From an uncultured bacterium (GTDB lineage: Bacteria > Vulcanimicrobiota > CADAWZ01): a stretch of 54,605 bases of DNA. This document shows, one piece after another, positions 18,907 through 29,399 of this stretch (the first letter of the stretch is position 1; every line of letters starts with the position of its first letter). The position numbers and the translations under genes are program-made. Below the pieces are notes generated by a model. It did not search any database. It saw only the letters and a list, made by a program, of their open reading frames with translations, and was not told the origin of the DNA. Where the stretch lies: positions 1 through 54,605 of the forward strand of contig CASEKF010000001.1 in the NCBI GenBank assembly GCA_949288455.1. The letters are read 5' to 3'.

Positions 18907-21279
18907 TCACTTTAAAGTAACTACTGTAGTTCCGTCGCCGCCTTGATTCGGCTCTCCGGATCTAAAATCAGCTACGAAAGGAGATCGGCTTAAAAAATTT
19001 GCCACGGCCTTTCTCAAAATCCCCGCGCCTCTTCCATGTATAACCGTAAAACTCTGCAAACCGGAATAAACGGCTTCCGACATATATTTTTCCAGCTCGT
19101 ATATAGCTTCGTCCGCATATTTGCCTATGAGGTTTATCGATGAAGAAGCTTCTTTAGGCAGAGGTATATCCGGTTTTTCTTCTACTGCGTTTTTCTTCCC
19201 CGAGGTCTTTCTGAGATTCCAATAAGGAATTCTCATTTTTAGCCTATTCATCGAAACCAAAACTTCGTTCCCTTTTATCTCTTCTATAACTCCGAGTCTG
19301 CCCGTAGAAGCAATATAAACTTCTTCTCCATTTTTAAATTGCCATTCGTCCGGACAGGCAGTTATTTTTTTCGACTTTCTAAACGTTTTTAATCTTTCAA
19401 TTATATTATTTAGCCTACTCTCGGCCCTTGTTCTAATATCTATTTCGCTTTTTTTGTTTTCTCCGTCTTTAGCCGAGCTTTCTTTCAATTCTTTTTTAAA
19501 ATCGCCTATAATCTTCTGAATTTCATTTTTCGCGGCTATAACCAAGGAATCAGATTCCGCTGCGCTCTCCGCCAAAAGCTCCAACTGTTCGGCTTTTATA
19601 AGAGAAATATCTTCTTCATATTTATGTTTGAGCTCTTCCGCCTCAGATTTTATGGCTATAAGAGCGGTTCGTTCGTCGTTAAGCAATCTTTCCTTTTGTT
19701 CTATCTCAGAAAGAAGACGATCCATTTCAACATATTCATGAGATATTAAATTTTGAGCTCTAATAACAATCTGTTCGTCTAATCCTAATCCGGACGCGAT
19801 CGAAAGAGCGCAGGAACGCCCGGGAACCCCTACCGTTATCTTGTAGGAAGGCATCAAAGTAGCGTTATCAAACTCCATAGCGGCATTGCGAGCCTTGGGA
19901 TGATTAGCTGCAAAATATTTGAGTTCTCCGTAATGAGTCGTAACTATAGAAACGCTTCCTCTATCTATCAGGTCTTCCAGAATAGCCGCGGCCAAAGCGG
20001 CTCCTTCCCTGGGATCCGTTCCGGCTCCAAGCTCGTCCAGCAAAACTAGAGTCTGTTCTCCCGCCTCATTCAAAATAGATATAATTCTGTTCATATGGGA
20101 AGAAAACGTACTGAGATTTTGAGCTATGCTCTGATCGTCGCCTATATCGGCGTATACGCCGCTGAACATAGAAATTTCAGACCCCTCGTCCGCCGGTATC
20201 GGCAAACCAGATAAGGCCAAAAGCGCAAAAAGACCGGCAGTTTTAAGAGATACGGTTTTGCCTCCGGTATTAGGGCCCGTAATAACTAAAGCGGAAAAAT
20301 CGCATCCTGCCTCTATATCTATCGGTATGGCTTTGTCGCCAAGCAAGGGATGTCTCGCTTTTTTCAATACGATACGCCCGTCTCCGCCGATCTTAGGCAA
20401 AATACAACTCGAAGCGACCATATAACGCGCTAAAGCGCAATTCATGTCAAATTTGGCTATCGCCTCTTGATTTACCAGCAGCTCACGCTTATATTCGGCC
20501 GCCATAGCGCTCAATTTTTTTAAAATGCGCAAAATCTCAGCTTTTTCCTGAGCCCTGGCCCGCTTTATTTCGTTGTTAAGCTGGACTATCTGAAGCGGCT
20601 CCATAAAAAGCGTCGAGCCGCTTGCCGAAACGTCCAGTACCAGTCCTTCGAAAACGCCTCTATACTCCTGCTTAACCGGAATTACAAAACGCCCTTCCCT
20701 AATGGTCCAAAGAGACTCCTGAAACATTTTTTGTTTTTGAGGATCTCTTAAAATAGAGTTAATTTTAGCGTGAGCAGAAATTTCTGAGGCCGCCAGCTCA
20801 GCTCTTATTTCAGCTAATTCAAAGCTGGCGGAATCTCGTATCTCTCCGCCGTCGCCAAAAGTCGAATCTATAGCCCCGGCCAATTCTGGAAGATACGTTA
20901 TGGACTGATAGGAATCCGATACGAAAGGCAAATGACGCCAAGGTTCCAAAGCCTTTTTCATACTAAAAGCAACTGATAAATTCTTACGCAAGAGAGAAAA
21001 ATCAGGCGCGGAAAGCATTATTCCCTTTTCAGCCGCGATAAGGATCTCTGAAGAATCTTCCAATCCTTCGGACGCCAATTCTACTCCGTTTGAAATAAGT
21101 TCCGCTATCTGTCTTATTTTACTCTGAGCTTCATAGACGTCTTCAATATCGGACAAAGGAGATATTGAAGCTATCAAATTTCTGCTCTGCGCGCAGCCGG
21201 CAAATCCGGCTATTATCTCCTTCGCTTTGTCAAATTCCAGCATCCTACGCGTTTGTAAAATCAAATCGCCGTTTTTCAT
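18907..21279 (-). CDS. mutS2: Endonuclease MutS2 (MutS domain plus C-terminal Smr)
   Basis: 790 aa. Walker A is GPNTGGKTV, with the MutS ABC region. C-terminal Smr motifs are VIHGRGAGILR and TVVTLK. Its stop overlaps the surE start. Confidence 0.9.
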   Translation of the reverse strand: MKNGDLILQTRRMLEFDKAKEIIAGFAGCAQSRNLIASISPLSDIEDVYEAQSKIRQIAELISNGVELASEGLEDSSEILIAAEKGIMLSAPDFSLLRKNLSVAFSMKKALEPWRHLPFVSDSYQSITYLPELAGAIDSTFGDGGEIRDSASFELAEIRAELAASEISAHAKINSILRDPQKQKMFQESLWTIREGRFVIPVKQEYRGVFEGLVLDVSASGSTLFMEPLQIVQLNNEIKRARAQEKAEILRILKKLSAMAAEYKRELLVNQEAIAKFDMNCALARYMVASSCILPKIGGDGRIVLKKARHPLLGDKAIPIDIEAGCDFSALVITGPNTGGKTVSLKTAGLFALLALSGLPIPADEGSEISMFSGVYADIGDDQSIAQNLSTFSSHMNRIISILNEAGEQTLVLLDELGAGTDPREGAALAAAILEDLIDRGSVSIVTTHYGELKYFAANHPKARNAAMEFDNATLMPSYKITVGVPGRSCALSIASGLGLDEQIVIRAQNLISHEYVEMDRLLSEIEQKERLLNDERTALIAIKSEAEELKHKYEEDISLIKAEQLELLAESAAESDSLVIAAKNEIQKIIGDFKKELKESSAKDGENKKSEIDIRTRAESRLNNIIERLKTFRKSKKITACPDEWQFKNGEEVYIASTGRLGVIEEIKGNEVLVSMNRLKMRIPYWNLRKTSGKKNAVEEKPDIPLPKEASSSINLIGKYADEAIYELEKYMSEAVYSGLQSFTVIHGRGAGILRKAVANFLSRSPFVADFRSGEPNQGGDGTTVVTLK

Positions 21280-22061
21280 TGTATATCCTTAGTTAAACGT
21301 TCGAGATCTCTGTCGTCGAAAAAATTCGTCTTTTTTCCGGAAGAAGAAAAATCCAGACTAAGAGGCGTTATCGAAGCGTATCCTGAATTAAGAGCCTGAT
21401 AATCGCTTCCCTCATACATTTCGTTTTGGCATCTATTAGTTCGAGTAAGCCAAAAATAATTTAAATTTAGGCCGTCTTGTCTTTCTATAACTCCGTAAGA
21501 AAAATTGCTGAATCCTAAATGAGTAAGCTTAATCCCTTTTATGTCATAGGCCGGAACGTTTAAATTCAAGAAAGTTCGAAGAGGAATGGGATCTTCAAAA
21601 ACCATCTCAGCCAACCCGGAGGCTATTCTAGCCGTATTTTTATAACACGGCACTTTAAAATTTTTATCTACTCCGGTAGATACGGCAATGGAAGGAATAC
21701 CGGCCAACGCCCCTTCCACCGCCGCCGCTATCGTTCCGGAATAATGAAAATCGTCTCCTAAATTAGGTCCTCTATTTATACCTGCGATTACTAAATCCGG
21801 AGGATTATCCCGCATAACATGATTTAAACCTACTACGACGCAGTCTGCGGGAGTTCCGGAACATGAATAAAAACAAGATTTTTCGTTTTCAGAAATTTTA
21901 TCGATTCTCAAAGGAGAAAAAAAAGTAACTCCATGGCCTGCGGCGCTTCTCTCTTTATCTGGAGCGACGACCGTAACATGAGCTATTTTAGCAAGTTCTT
22001 CGGCTAAAATATTTATCCCGTCCGCATATACTCCATCGTCGTTAGCTATAAGTATTCTCAT
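21276..22061 (-). CDS. surE: 5'/3'-nucleotidase SurE
   Basis: MRILIANDDG...GINRGPNLGDD is the SurE signature. Confidence 0.9.
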   Translation of the reverse strand: MRILIANDDGVYADGINILAEELAKIAHVTVVAPDKERSAAGHGVTFFSPLRIDKISENEKSCFYSCSGTPADCVVVGLNHVMRDNPPDLVIAGINRGPNLGDDFHYSGTIAAAVEGALAGIPSIAVSTGVDKNFKVPCYKNTARIASGLAEMVFEDPIPLRTFLNLNVPAYDIKGIKLTHLGFSNFSYGVIERQDGLNLNYFWLTRTNRCQNEMYEGSDYQALNSGYASITPLSLDFSSSGKKTNFFDDRDLERLTKDIQ

Positions 22062-22079
22062 TTTTTCTCCTTAAAATTT

Positions 22080-24068
22080 TTATTTTTCGATCAAATATCT
22101 TCTTATTTTATCAGCAATCGCCTCGGGAGTAAAGCCGAATTTTTCGGCAAGTATCTCGGAAGGAGCGGAACTGCCGAAAGATGTCATACCAATGACAAAT
22201 CCCCGTCCTTTAATAAATCTATCCCAATCTCTAGAATTCGAAGCTTCGACGGCTATTACCGGCAAATTATCCGGCACAACCGATTTTTTATAATCCTCGC
22301 TTTGTTTTTCGAACAACTCTACTGATGGGACCGACACTACCCGAATATTCACGCCGTCTTTATAAAGAAGCTCGGAAGCGGCGACCGCCAGACTTACTTC
22401 AGAACCTGAAGCCATTATAACGGCGTCAGGATTTTGCCCTCCGTCAAGCATAACGTATCCGCCCATAGAAGCTTTATTTAAATCGTCTATAGAAGGATCC
22501 TTATGAAGTTGTTTCAAATTTTGGCGAGATAAAATCAAAGCCGTAGGACCGTCTTTCCTCTTAAGAGCATAAAACCAAGCCGCGGCGGTTTCGAGAGCGT
22601 CGGCAGGACGTATCACAGATAAACCGGGAATAAGCCTAAGAGAAGGAATATGTTCTATCGGTTGATGCGTAGGGCCGTCTTCGCCAAGAAATATACTGTC
22701 ATGGGTAAATATATAAACGACTTGAACTCCCATAAGAGCGGAGAGTCTTACCGCCCCTCTCATATAATCGCTAAAGACTAAGAAGGTAGCTCCGTAAGGC
22801 ACGAACATGCCGTAAAGAGCGATGCCGTTCATTATCGCTCCCATAGCGTGCTCGCGTATTCCAAAATGTAAATTTCTACCGGAATAAGATCCCGGCAAAA
22901 CTGACGTTTCCGATTTTATATGACATTTGACAGAAGGCTCTAAATCGGCGCTTCCTCCTACCATAAAATCAACTTCAGCCGCAGCTTTTTGAATGATTGA
23001 ACCGGATGAAACTCTAGTGGCTTCAGGTTTGCATTGTAAATCGGCGATCATTTTTTCCGCCAAATCTTCCGGTAACTCTTTTTTCATAAATTTTTCCAGC
23101 TGCGCGGCCTTTTCTGGATAATTTATCCGCCACTCATCAAATTTTTTAAGCCAACCTAGATACTTTTGCTTCTTTTCTTCAACTTTTCCTTTGCAAAAAG
23201 ATTTTACTGCCTCAGGTATATAAAATGTTTCGTTTTCGGGAAGACCTAAAGCTTTTTTCATCGCCTGAATCTCGGCTTCGCCTAAAGGAGAGCCATGAGA
23301 AGACGCCTTATCATGTTTGGTAGGCGCTCCAAATGCTATATGCGTTTTAAAAATGATAATCTTAGGCGCGTCTTTATACTCCGAAGCTTCCTGCAACACG
23401 GCGAATATTTCCTCTATATTATGGCCGTCCGCTTCATAGGCTTTCCAGCCGTACGACTCGTATCTCTTTTTGGTATCGTCGGAAAAAGCCAAATTTACGT
23501 TGCCTTCGATCGTAATATCATTGCTGTCGTAAAGGAGCGTCAAATTGCCAAGCTTAAGATGGCCGGCCAAAGACGAAGCCTCCGCGCTAACGCCCTCCAT
23601 TAAACAACCGTCCCCGGCTAAAACGTAAATATTATGATCAATAATATTATGTCCTTCGACATTGAATCTTTCAGCCGCCATTTTCTCCGCGAGAGCCATT
23701 CCAACCCCCATCGCTACGCCTTGTCCCAAAGGACCGGTAGTACATTCAACTCCGGGAAGATGGCCGTACTCCGGATGGCCGGCCGTTCCGGCTCCCCATT
23801 GCCTAAAACTTTTTAAGTCCTCCATAGCGACTTCATAACCGAACAGATGAAGTAAAGAATAAAGTAAAGAAGAACCATGTCCGGCGGAAAGAATAAATCT
23901 GTCCCTATTAATCCAAGTCGGATCGTCAGGATTGAACAAAAGAAAATCGCTCCATAAAACCGAAGCTATATCAGCCGTACCCAAAGGCATTCCCGGATGT
24001 CCCGAGTTAGCTTTCTGAACTATATCGGCGGCGAGCGCGCGTAAGACAGACGCTAATTGTCCTATCAT
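22080..24068 (-). CDS. tkt: Transketolase
   Basis: 662 aa. The TPP-binding site is GHPG...GPLGQG...GDGCLMEG. A central pyrimidine-binding domain and C-terminal domain are present. Confidence 0.92.
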   Translation of the reverse strand: MIGQLASVLRALAADIVQKANSGHPGMPLGTADIASVLWSDFLLFNPDDPTWINRDRFILSAGHGSSLLYSLLHLFGYEVAMEDLKSFRQWGAGTAGHPEYGHLPGVECTTGPLGQGVAMGVGMALAEKMAAERFNVEGHNIIDHNIYVLAGDGCLMEGVSAEASSLAGHLKLGNLTLLYDSNDITIEGNVNLAFSDDTKKRYESYGWKAYEADGHNIEEIFAVLQEASEYKDAPKIIIFKTHIAFGAPTKHDKASSHGSPLGEAEIQAMKKALGLPENETFYIPEAVKSFCKGKVEEKKQKYLGWLKKFDEWRINYPEKAAQLEKFMKKELPEDLAEKMIADLQCKPEATRVSSGSIIQKAAAEVDFMVGGSADLEPSVKCHIKSETSVLPGSYSGRNLHFGIREHAMGAIMNGIALYGMFVPYGATFLVFSDYMRGAVRLSALMGVQVVYIFTHDSIFLGEDGPTHQPIEHIPSLRLIPGLSVIRPADALETAAAWFYALKRKDGPTALILSRQNLKQLHKDPSIDDLNKASMGGYVMLDGGQNPDAVIMASGSEVSLAVAASELLYKDGVNIRVVSVPSVELFEKQSEDYKKSVVPDNLPVIAVEASNSRDWDRFIKGRGFVIGMTSFGSSAPSEILAEKFGFTPEAIADKIRRYLIEK

Positions 24069-24301
24069 ATATTCACACCTCTTTAATCGTTATATAAATA
24101 CATACAGCAATCAACTAAATCTCGTTCTTCTTTTTTATTTTTAAAAAATCCTTCTATAAGCCTCAAGCAAACGAAGAAGCGAAAAATTGCAGGAAAAAAA
24201 AAAGCTTAATTAAATATATTTACAAAAACAAACGAAAACAAAATATGACGCAGTCATCTAACGTTTCCGTAAACTATTAAAATTGAAATAGAGCGCAATT
24301 T

Positions 24302-26110
24302 ATGTCCTTTTTAAAAAAAAATACGATAGAAAACTTCTTCAATTCGCCCTTATATCTCGTATTACTGTTATTTATTACGGGATGCGCCGTAAGATTTTAT
24401 ATGTCTTTCTTTCAAAACCACATATTTCTCTACACCGACGAAATCCTTTTTCTTGAAGCGGCTAGAAGTTTAGCCGACTTTGAATCAATATCTGTGAGAG
24501 GCGTGCCTCATTTTTATCCTTATTTGCTGTATCCCGCTATAATAGCTCCGTCTCAATGGATAGCCGACGCGCAAACTTCGTTTGGGATCCTCAAAGCGAT
24601 CAACGCTTTTATTATGAACATATCCGTCTTTCCGGCTTATTTTTTGGCAAAAAAAATAACGCCTAAACATGCGTTGCTGGTTGCGGCGGTTTCTCTATTG
24701 ATTCCGGAAATGTGTTTGTCAAACTGCGTCTTCGCCGAAGTCTTAACATACCCGTTAAGCCTTTGTTTTTTCCTTTTTGCGTACGACTGGCTGAAAGGAG
24801 GCAAAAAACAGGCTGTTTTTTTGACTCTGGCGTTTGGTCTCGCATTGGCGTTTACTAAAGCCGTTTCTTTATATTTCCTCACAGGCTTAATTATTTACGC
24901 GACCGTTAGTTTCTTTATACGCGGAAATTTAAAACGCAAAATTTTAACAGGCGCGGCCGCAATAGCCGTCATACTCTGTTTTATCCTTTTTGCCAATCAT
25001 ATATTCATAGGATATACTTTTAATTTTTCGTATTTTCTTAATTTTGACAGAATATCCGCTATTTTAAGATATAGCCTATATTTTCTCGCATATTTATCCG
25101 CGGGAGCAGGATTTTACTTTATCTTTTTCCCTCTATGTTTTCGTTCTGACCTAGAAAAAAATATCCGAAGATTCGCTTCGGTCTTATACGTTATTTTATT
25201 AACCGGAATTATAACCGTCGTGTTTATGGTCTCAATGTTTGAAGATTATCCTTCTTCCGCTATGACTCCGCATTTAAGATATTTATTTCCTTTAATTATT
25301 CCTTTTTTCATCGTTTTTCTATCTATTGAAAAATGGAAAATCTCTGTTCTGTCAAAATACGCGGTTTTATTATTCGTAATCTTTATGCAATGGGGTATAG
25401 TCCGCTTTCCGGAAAGCAACTATCCCGCTTTTATGAATATCGCTTATCTGAGAGAATCGCTGCTATTCCCATTTTTCCAATGGAACGTAGGAGACTTAAA
25501 AATAAAAGGCAGCATGTTCGACATTGTCAAAATATTAATACTAGCCGTAACTTTATATTCGTCATATCTAATTATAAAAGAAAAATATAAAATTTTCCGT
25601 ATTTTCGCAACGTCCCTGTTTATCGCTTTATGCCTTGTCAACAACATATTATGTTACAACGCGGGATTAAAAACGATATATCCCAACTCTCGATACATAA
25701 TTTCCCAAATAGACTTAATAAATCAATATATCAAAGGGTCTAAAGCGCTGGTAATAGGGAAATATGCGGCCAGCGAAAAAATTTTTGAAACTTACTCCAA
25801 ACAAAAATATTGGTTTACTACGGCTACCCTATTCGAAAAATACATGGACGGGACTTTCAGCCCTCGGAAAAAAACTCCTCTTATAGGCATGCAGTGGGCA
25901 ACGCAAACAGATCCCCAAAAAGCCAAAGTATCTAAATGGATAAAGCTGGACGAAGCCGTGGAAGTGGCGGATCCCGTATTTACAAATATCAACCCGGATT
26001 ATATAATAGTTCGTTCAAATATAAGCGATTTACGTCTCTCTAGCAAAAATCTTAAACCGGCGTTTATTCCGGGTCTAACTTTTTACAGAGTGTATAAAGT
26101 GATATATTAA
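24302..26110 (+). CDS. Polytopic membrane glycosyltransferase, GT-C fold (ArnT/PMT-like)
   Basis: 602 aa with more than 10 TM helices. A conserved first extracytoplasmic loop has DE (YTDEILFLEAARSL), as in GT39/GT83 enzymes. Confidence 0.5.
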   Translation: MSFLKKNTIENFFNSPLYLVLLLFITGCAVRFYMSFFQNHIFLYTDEILFLEAARSLADFESISVRGVPHFYPYLLYPAIIAPSQWIADAQTSFGILKAINAFIMNISVFPAYFLAKKITPKHALLVAAVSLLIPEMCLSNCVFAEVLTYPLSLCFFLFAYDWLKGGKKQAVFLTLAFGLALAFTKAVSLYFLTGLIIYATVSFFIRGNLKRKILTGAAAIAVILCFILFANHIFIGYTFNFSYFLNFDRISAILRYSLYFLAYLSAGAGFYFIFFPLCFRSDLEKNIRRFASVLYVILLTGIITVVFMVSMFEDYPSSAMTPHLRYLFPLIIPFFIVFLSIEKWKISVLSKYAVLLFVIFMQWGIVRFPESNYPAFMNIAYLRESLLFPFFQWNVGDLKIKGSMFDIVKILILAVTLYSSYLIIKEKYKIFRIFATSLFIALCLVNNILCYNAGLKTIYPNSRYIISQIDLINQYIKGSKALVIGKYAASEKIFETYSKQKYWFTTATLFEKYMDGTFSPRKKTPLIGMQWATQTDPQKAKVSKWIKLDEAVEVADPVFTNINPDYIIVRSNISDLRLSSKNLKPAFIPGLTFYRVYKVIY

Positions 26111-26333
26111 ATCGACCGAATTTTCTTACGGATTTTCCTTAGGACGTTAATCTTAGCGTTTAACTCTATGGAAAATAATTGCGGCAAAATATACAACGCG
26201 GGATACTGAACTTGTCAAAACAATCTCTAAAAACGTTCGGTTTTCTAACTTTAGAAGATTTAATACGTATAATAATCTCGTTAAGGTTTCCAAAATACGG
26301 TAGTGAAATATCCGCTTTAGAACCGCTGTGCGT

Positions 26334-27290
26334 TTAATATTTCATTACTTCCGACATAGCGTTTAAATTTCGTTTCATCATATCTATATAAGACGTATCT
26401 TCCTGGGATCCTATGGCGTCCAAAACGGCAATTTTCAGACTTCCGTCCTCGGCAATAGCCTCCGCGGCTTTTCTTGAAAACTGCGCGTCCGTAAAGATTA
26501 CTTTAACGTCCTTGGATTTAGCCGTTTCTATCAAATCTTTAATCTCGGCCGGACTAGGTTCTTTTCCGGGAAATTTTTCTATATTGCCGACTTCTTCCAA
26601 ACCGTATTCTCTGGCGAAATATGGCCAAACTGAATGCTGAGATAAAAATTTTTTAGTTTTAAAAGATGAAATTTCCCGTCTGCATATTTTATCTAATTCA
26701 TCTAACTCTTCCAAAAATTTTTCTGTATTTTTACGGTATACGCCGGCATTCTTAGGATCTTTGGAAGAAAAAGCCCTCTCAATTTTTTGAACAAGTTCCG
26801 AAGCTATCGCGGGTGAAAGCCAAACGTGAGGATTGCCCGACGAATGTTCGACGTCTCCGGAAACGCTTTTATGTTTTTTATCCTCTCCGTCTAAAAGAGA
26901 AATGCCGTCGGTCAATTCTACTATCGTAAGAGAATCATTAGCGGAGGAATCGACAAATTTATCTTTCCAAAACTCAAATCCGGCTCCGGCACAAATAAAG
27001 ACGTCGGCTTCGCTGAATCGTATCAACTTATCAGGCGAAGGTTCAAATACATGAGGATTAGCTCCGGGAGGTATAATCGTGGAAACTTCGACCAAATCGC
27101 CCCCTATGCGCTCCGCAAAATCAGAAAAAGGAATAATACTGGCGCAAACCTTAAGTCGCTTTCCTTCATAATCGCTTTTATGTTCGGCTGTTTTTAATTC
27201 CGAACATGAAGCCGATAATAGAAACAGAAACATTATATAAAAAAGACTCTGAATACTACGCTTCATCTTCGATAAGCTCTCGCTTTCCAA
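26334..27290 (-). CDS. Metal (Zn/Mn) ABC-transporter substrate-binding protein, ZnuA/TroA family
   Basis: A signal peptide with lipobox-like SASC. The metal-coordinating motif is GANPHVFEP...NPHVWLSP. No cognate permease or ATPase is adjacent. Confidence 0.8.
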   Translation of the reverse strand: MESESLSKMKRSIQSLFYIMFLFLLSASCSELKTAEHKSDYEGKRLKVCASIIPFSDFAERIGGDLVEVSTIIPPGANPHVFEPSPDKLIRFSEADVFICAGAGFEFWKDKFVDSSANDSLTIVELTDGISLLDGEDKKHKSVSGDVEHSSGNPHVWLSPAIASELVQKIERAFSSKDPKNAGVYRKNTEKFLEELDELDKICRREISSFKTKKFLSQHSVWPYFAREYGLEEVGNIEKFPGKEPSPAEIKDLIETAKSKDVKVIFTDAQFSRKAAEAIAEDGSLKIAVLDAIGSQEDTSYIDMMKRNLNAMSEVMKY

Positions 27291-27487
27291 AATAAAATTG
27301 AAATAAATGAAATTTAAACGCTCAAAATAAAAACGTTAACAACGCAGACTTTATATGGAATAAATCTTAGAGACTATTGTCTGGCAATTCATTAAATAAA
27401 ATTATATACGCTTTTTTTTTTTCCTCTTGACGAATAAGTAAAGTAAAGTGATATATAGGACATAGTAAAATTAAGGAGGTTTATCTT

Positions 27488-27847
27488 ATGATTATTAATT
27501 CAGCGGCTCAATTTAATCCCGCGTTATATCAAAATAACGACATGTTCTCAGATTCTGTCTCGAATCTTATAGGCAGCGGGTCTCCCCAATCTCTTCCGGA
27601 ATTTCCTCGTCTATATTCTACTCAGGAAATACAAACCGTAGCGACTACGGCCGGAGCAGGTCAATTAGCCGGAGGAGTAGCAGGGACTATCGGCGGAAAA
27701 GCTCTTGGAGCGGCAATAGGAACGATGATATGCCCCGGAATAGGGACTTTAATTGGCGGAGCTCTCGGAGGATCTATCGGCGGAACAATAGGAGGGAACC
27801 TTGGAGGAAACCTCGGAGCCGGTTTAGGGAAACTTTTGATAGGTTAA
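27488..27847 (+). CDS. Glycine-zipper small protein (bacteriocin-like or membrane glycine-zipper peptide)
   Basis: 119 aa. A strong AAGGAGG RBS precedes it. The N-terminal 50 aa are polar. The C-terminal 65 aa are GxxxG/GG repeats (GGALGGSIGGTIGGNLGGNLGAGLG). Confidence 0.6.
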   Translation: MIINSAAQFNPALYQNNDMFSDSVSNLIGSGSPQSLPEFPRLYSTQEIQTVATTAGAGQLAGGVAGTIGGKALGAAIGTMICPGIGTLIGGALGGSIGGTIGGNLGGNLGAGLGKLLIG

Positions 27848-27855
27848 CTTTTCAG

Positions 27856-27893
27856 AAAAAGACGCCGCCTATATATAGGCGGCGTCTTTTTTT
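27856..27893 (+). terminator. Rho-independent terminator
   Basis: GACGCCGCCT ATATAT AGGCGGCGTC followed by a T7 run. Confidence 0.9.
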
Positions 27894-28010
27894 ATTTTAT
27901 TACCATGATTAGGCATGACCAAAAACTAAAGAAAAAATAAATTAGGAAATCGATAAAATATCTTCCTTTTTATATAAAACCGCTTTAAAACAGAGCTTAT
28001 AAGGCATATA

Positions 28011-28085
28011 AAGAAGAATCCGGACGATTAATCGTCCGGATTCTTCTTCCACTGATTTTTTGAAAAGTCAAGATCTTGACTTTTC
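28011..28085. other. Two adjacent perfect palindromes in a 480-nt AT-rich noncoding stretch
   Basis: AAGAAGAATCCGGACGATTAATCGTCCGGATTCTTCTT at 28011-28048, followed by CCACTGATTTTTT. Then GAAAAGTCAAGATCTTGACTTTTC at 28062-28085. Confidence 0.6.
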
Positions 28086-28361
28086 CTTTCTCCTGATAAA
28101 TCTTATTCTACATAAAAATAAAAAATCATGCTAAATTTCATAATTTTTTTAATTTTTTTTTAAAAATTTAAAATTTAAAACTCATGGCCAATCATGTATA
28201 ATAATTTTTCTTAATTTTTAATCAAGTATGGAGCATGACCAAAGGCATAAAAAACAAATTATTTTATATATGATTTACAACTAACCAATCTATTGACAGA
28301 ACTCCGATAAATACTTTTATACCGTCAAACCAATCAATTAAAAATTTATCTGTCATCTGAA

Positions 28362-29399
28362 TCAAAACGTTTTTTTAACTACGCAAGATAGAATATTGTC
28401 TAAAATAAATTTTTCACAAGTAGAGCGATCCAGGTTTCTATATTCTTCGGGAAGATCTTTTACGGGGATGTCGACTCTCGCGGCATAAGCATGTCCTCCT
28501 CCTCTGCCAAATCCTACGGTTTCAGCCAATATGCCGATATCGATCCACTTTCTAACTGAACGCATAGTAATTTTCAAAAGTCCGTCTTTCAAGGCTGCGA
28601 CAATGCTTATCGTCACTCCGGCTACTCTAAGAAGAAAATCAGCTATTGTGACGGCAAATTCTATTTCTTCGTCATTAAGAAAAACTATAGCGGTTTCGTC
28701 AAAAAGAGAGCATGTCTCGAGAGCTTTTGCAAAAATCTTAAGAGTAGGATATGGAATTTCTTCCGACTCTATCACGCGCAAAGCCTCTAGATCGGCATAT
28801 TCGGTAAGATAACCTATTACGTATGCATGTCTTGAAATTTTTAACCTCCTATACCTATCGGTGTCCGTTACAATACCATAATATAAAGCGGTAATAATAT
28901 TTATGGGAATTTTCTCTCCTAAAGCCATTAAATACTCCGCCATTATTACAGAATTAGCTGAATAATCAGGTCGTATATCCGTAAAGTCGGCTTCTATATT
29001 GCCTTTTACGGGATGATGATCGATTACGGCTGAAAAATGAATATTTTCCGAAATAGCGTTATGAGAAGGTTGTCCGTCAGTCATGATAAACTTATCATAC
29101 AAAGACAAATCAGCTTGTGAAAACAGGATATAATCGGTATTCAATATTTCTATCATCTTTTTGTTGTCTAAACGCTTTGTCTCCGATAGAAAAATAATAT
29201 CGCAAGATATTCCTCTAGCTATACAGAGAAATTGAGCGGCCATAGCGCTGGCTATAGCGTCCGGATCAGGAATAATCAATACGGCGACTCTATCGCCAGG
29301 CGAAAAAAGATCTAAAAAAGATTTAAGAAAATTTTCCGTCTTTATTATTTGAGAACAAAAAGAAGCGCAAAAATCTTTATAATCTTTCGCATACGGCAT
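28362..29399 (-). CDS. DHH/DHHA1 phosphoesterase (NrnA-like nanoRNase/pAp phosphatase family)
   Basis: Motifs DHH (AVIDHHP) and GGGH (GFGRGGGHAYAA) in the DHHA1 region. Start moved to MPYAKDY, which has an AGGAG RBS. The longer ORF to 29483 lacks one. Confidence 0.8.
   Translation of the reverse strand: MPYAKDYKDFCASFCSQIIKTENFLKSFLDLFSPGDRVAVLIIPDPDAIASAMAAQFLCIARGISCDIIFLSETKRLDNKKMIEILNTDYILFSQADLSLYDKFIMTDGQPSHNAISENIHFSAVIDHHPVKGNIEADFTDIRPDYSANSVIMAEYLMALGEKIPINIITALYYGIVTDTDRYRRLKISRHAYVIGYLTEYADLEALRVIESEEIPYPTLKIFAKALETCSLFDETAIVFLNDEEIEFAVTIADFLLRVAGVTISIVAALKDGLLKITMRSVRKWIDIGILAETVGFGRGGGHAYAARVDIPVKDLPEEYRNLDRSTCEKFILDNILSCVVKKTF

Noticed and set aside
27894-28361. Possible CRISPR array or MITE, suggested by repeated motifs and palindromes.
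   Set aside because: The repeats are only two 11-nt copies with no regular spacing, and the palindromes differ from each other. There are no cas genes. I report it instead as a structured noncoding or sRNA candidate.
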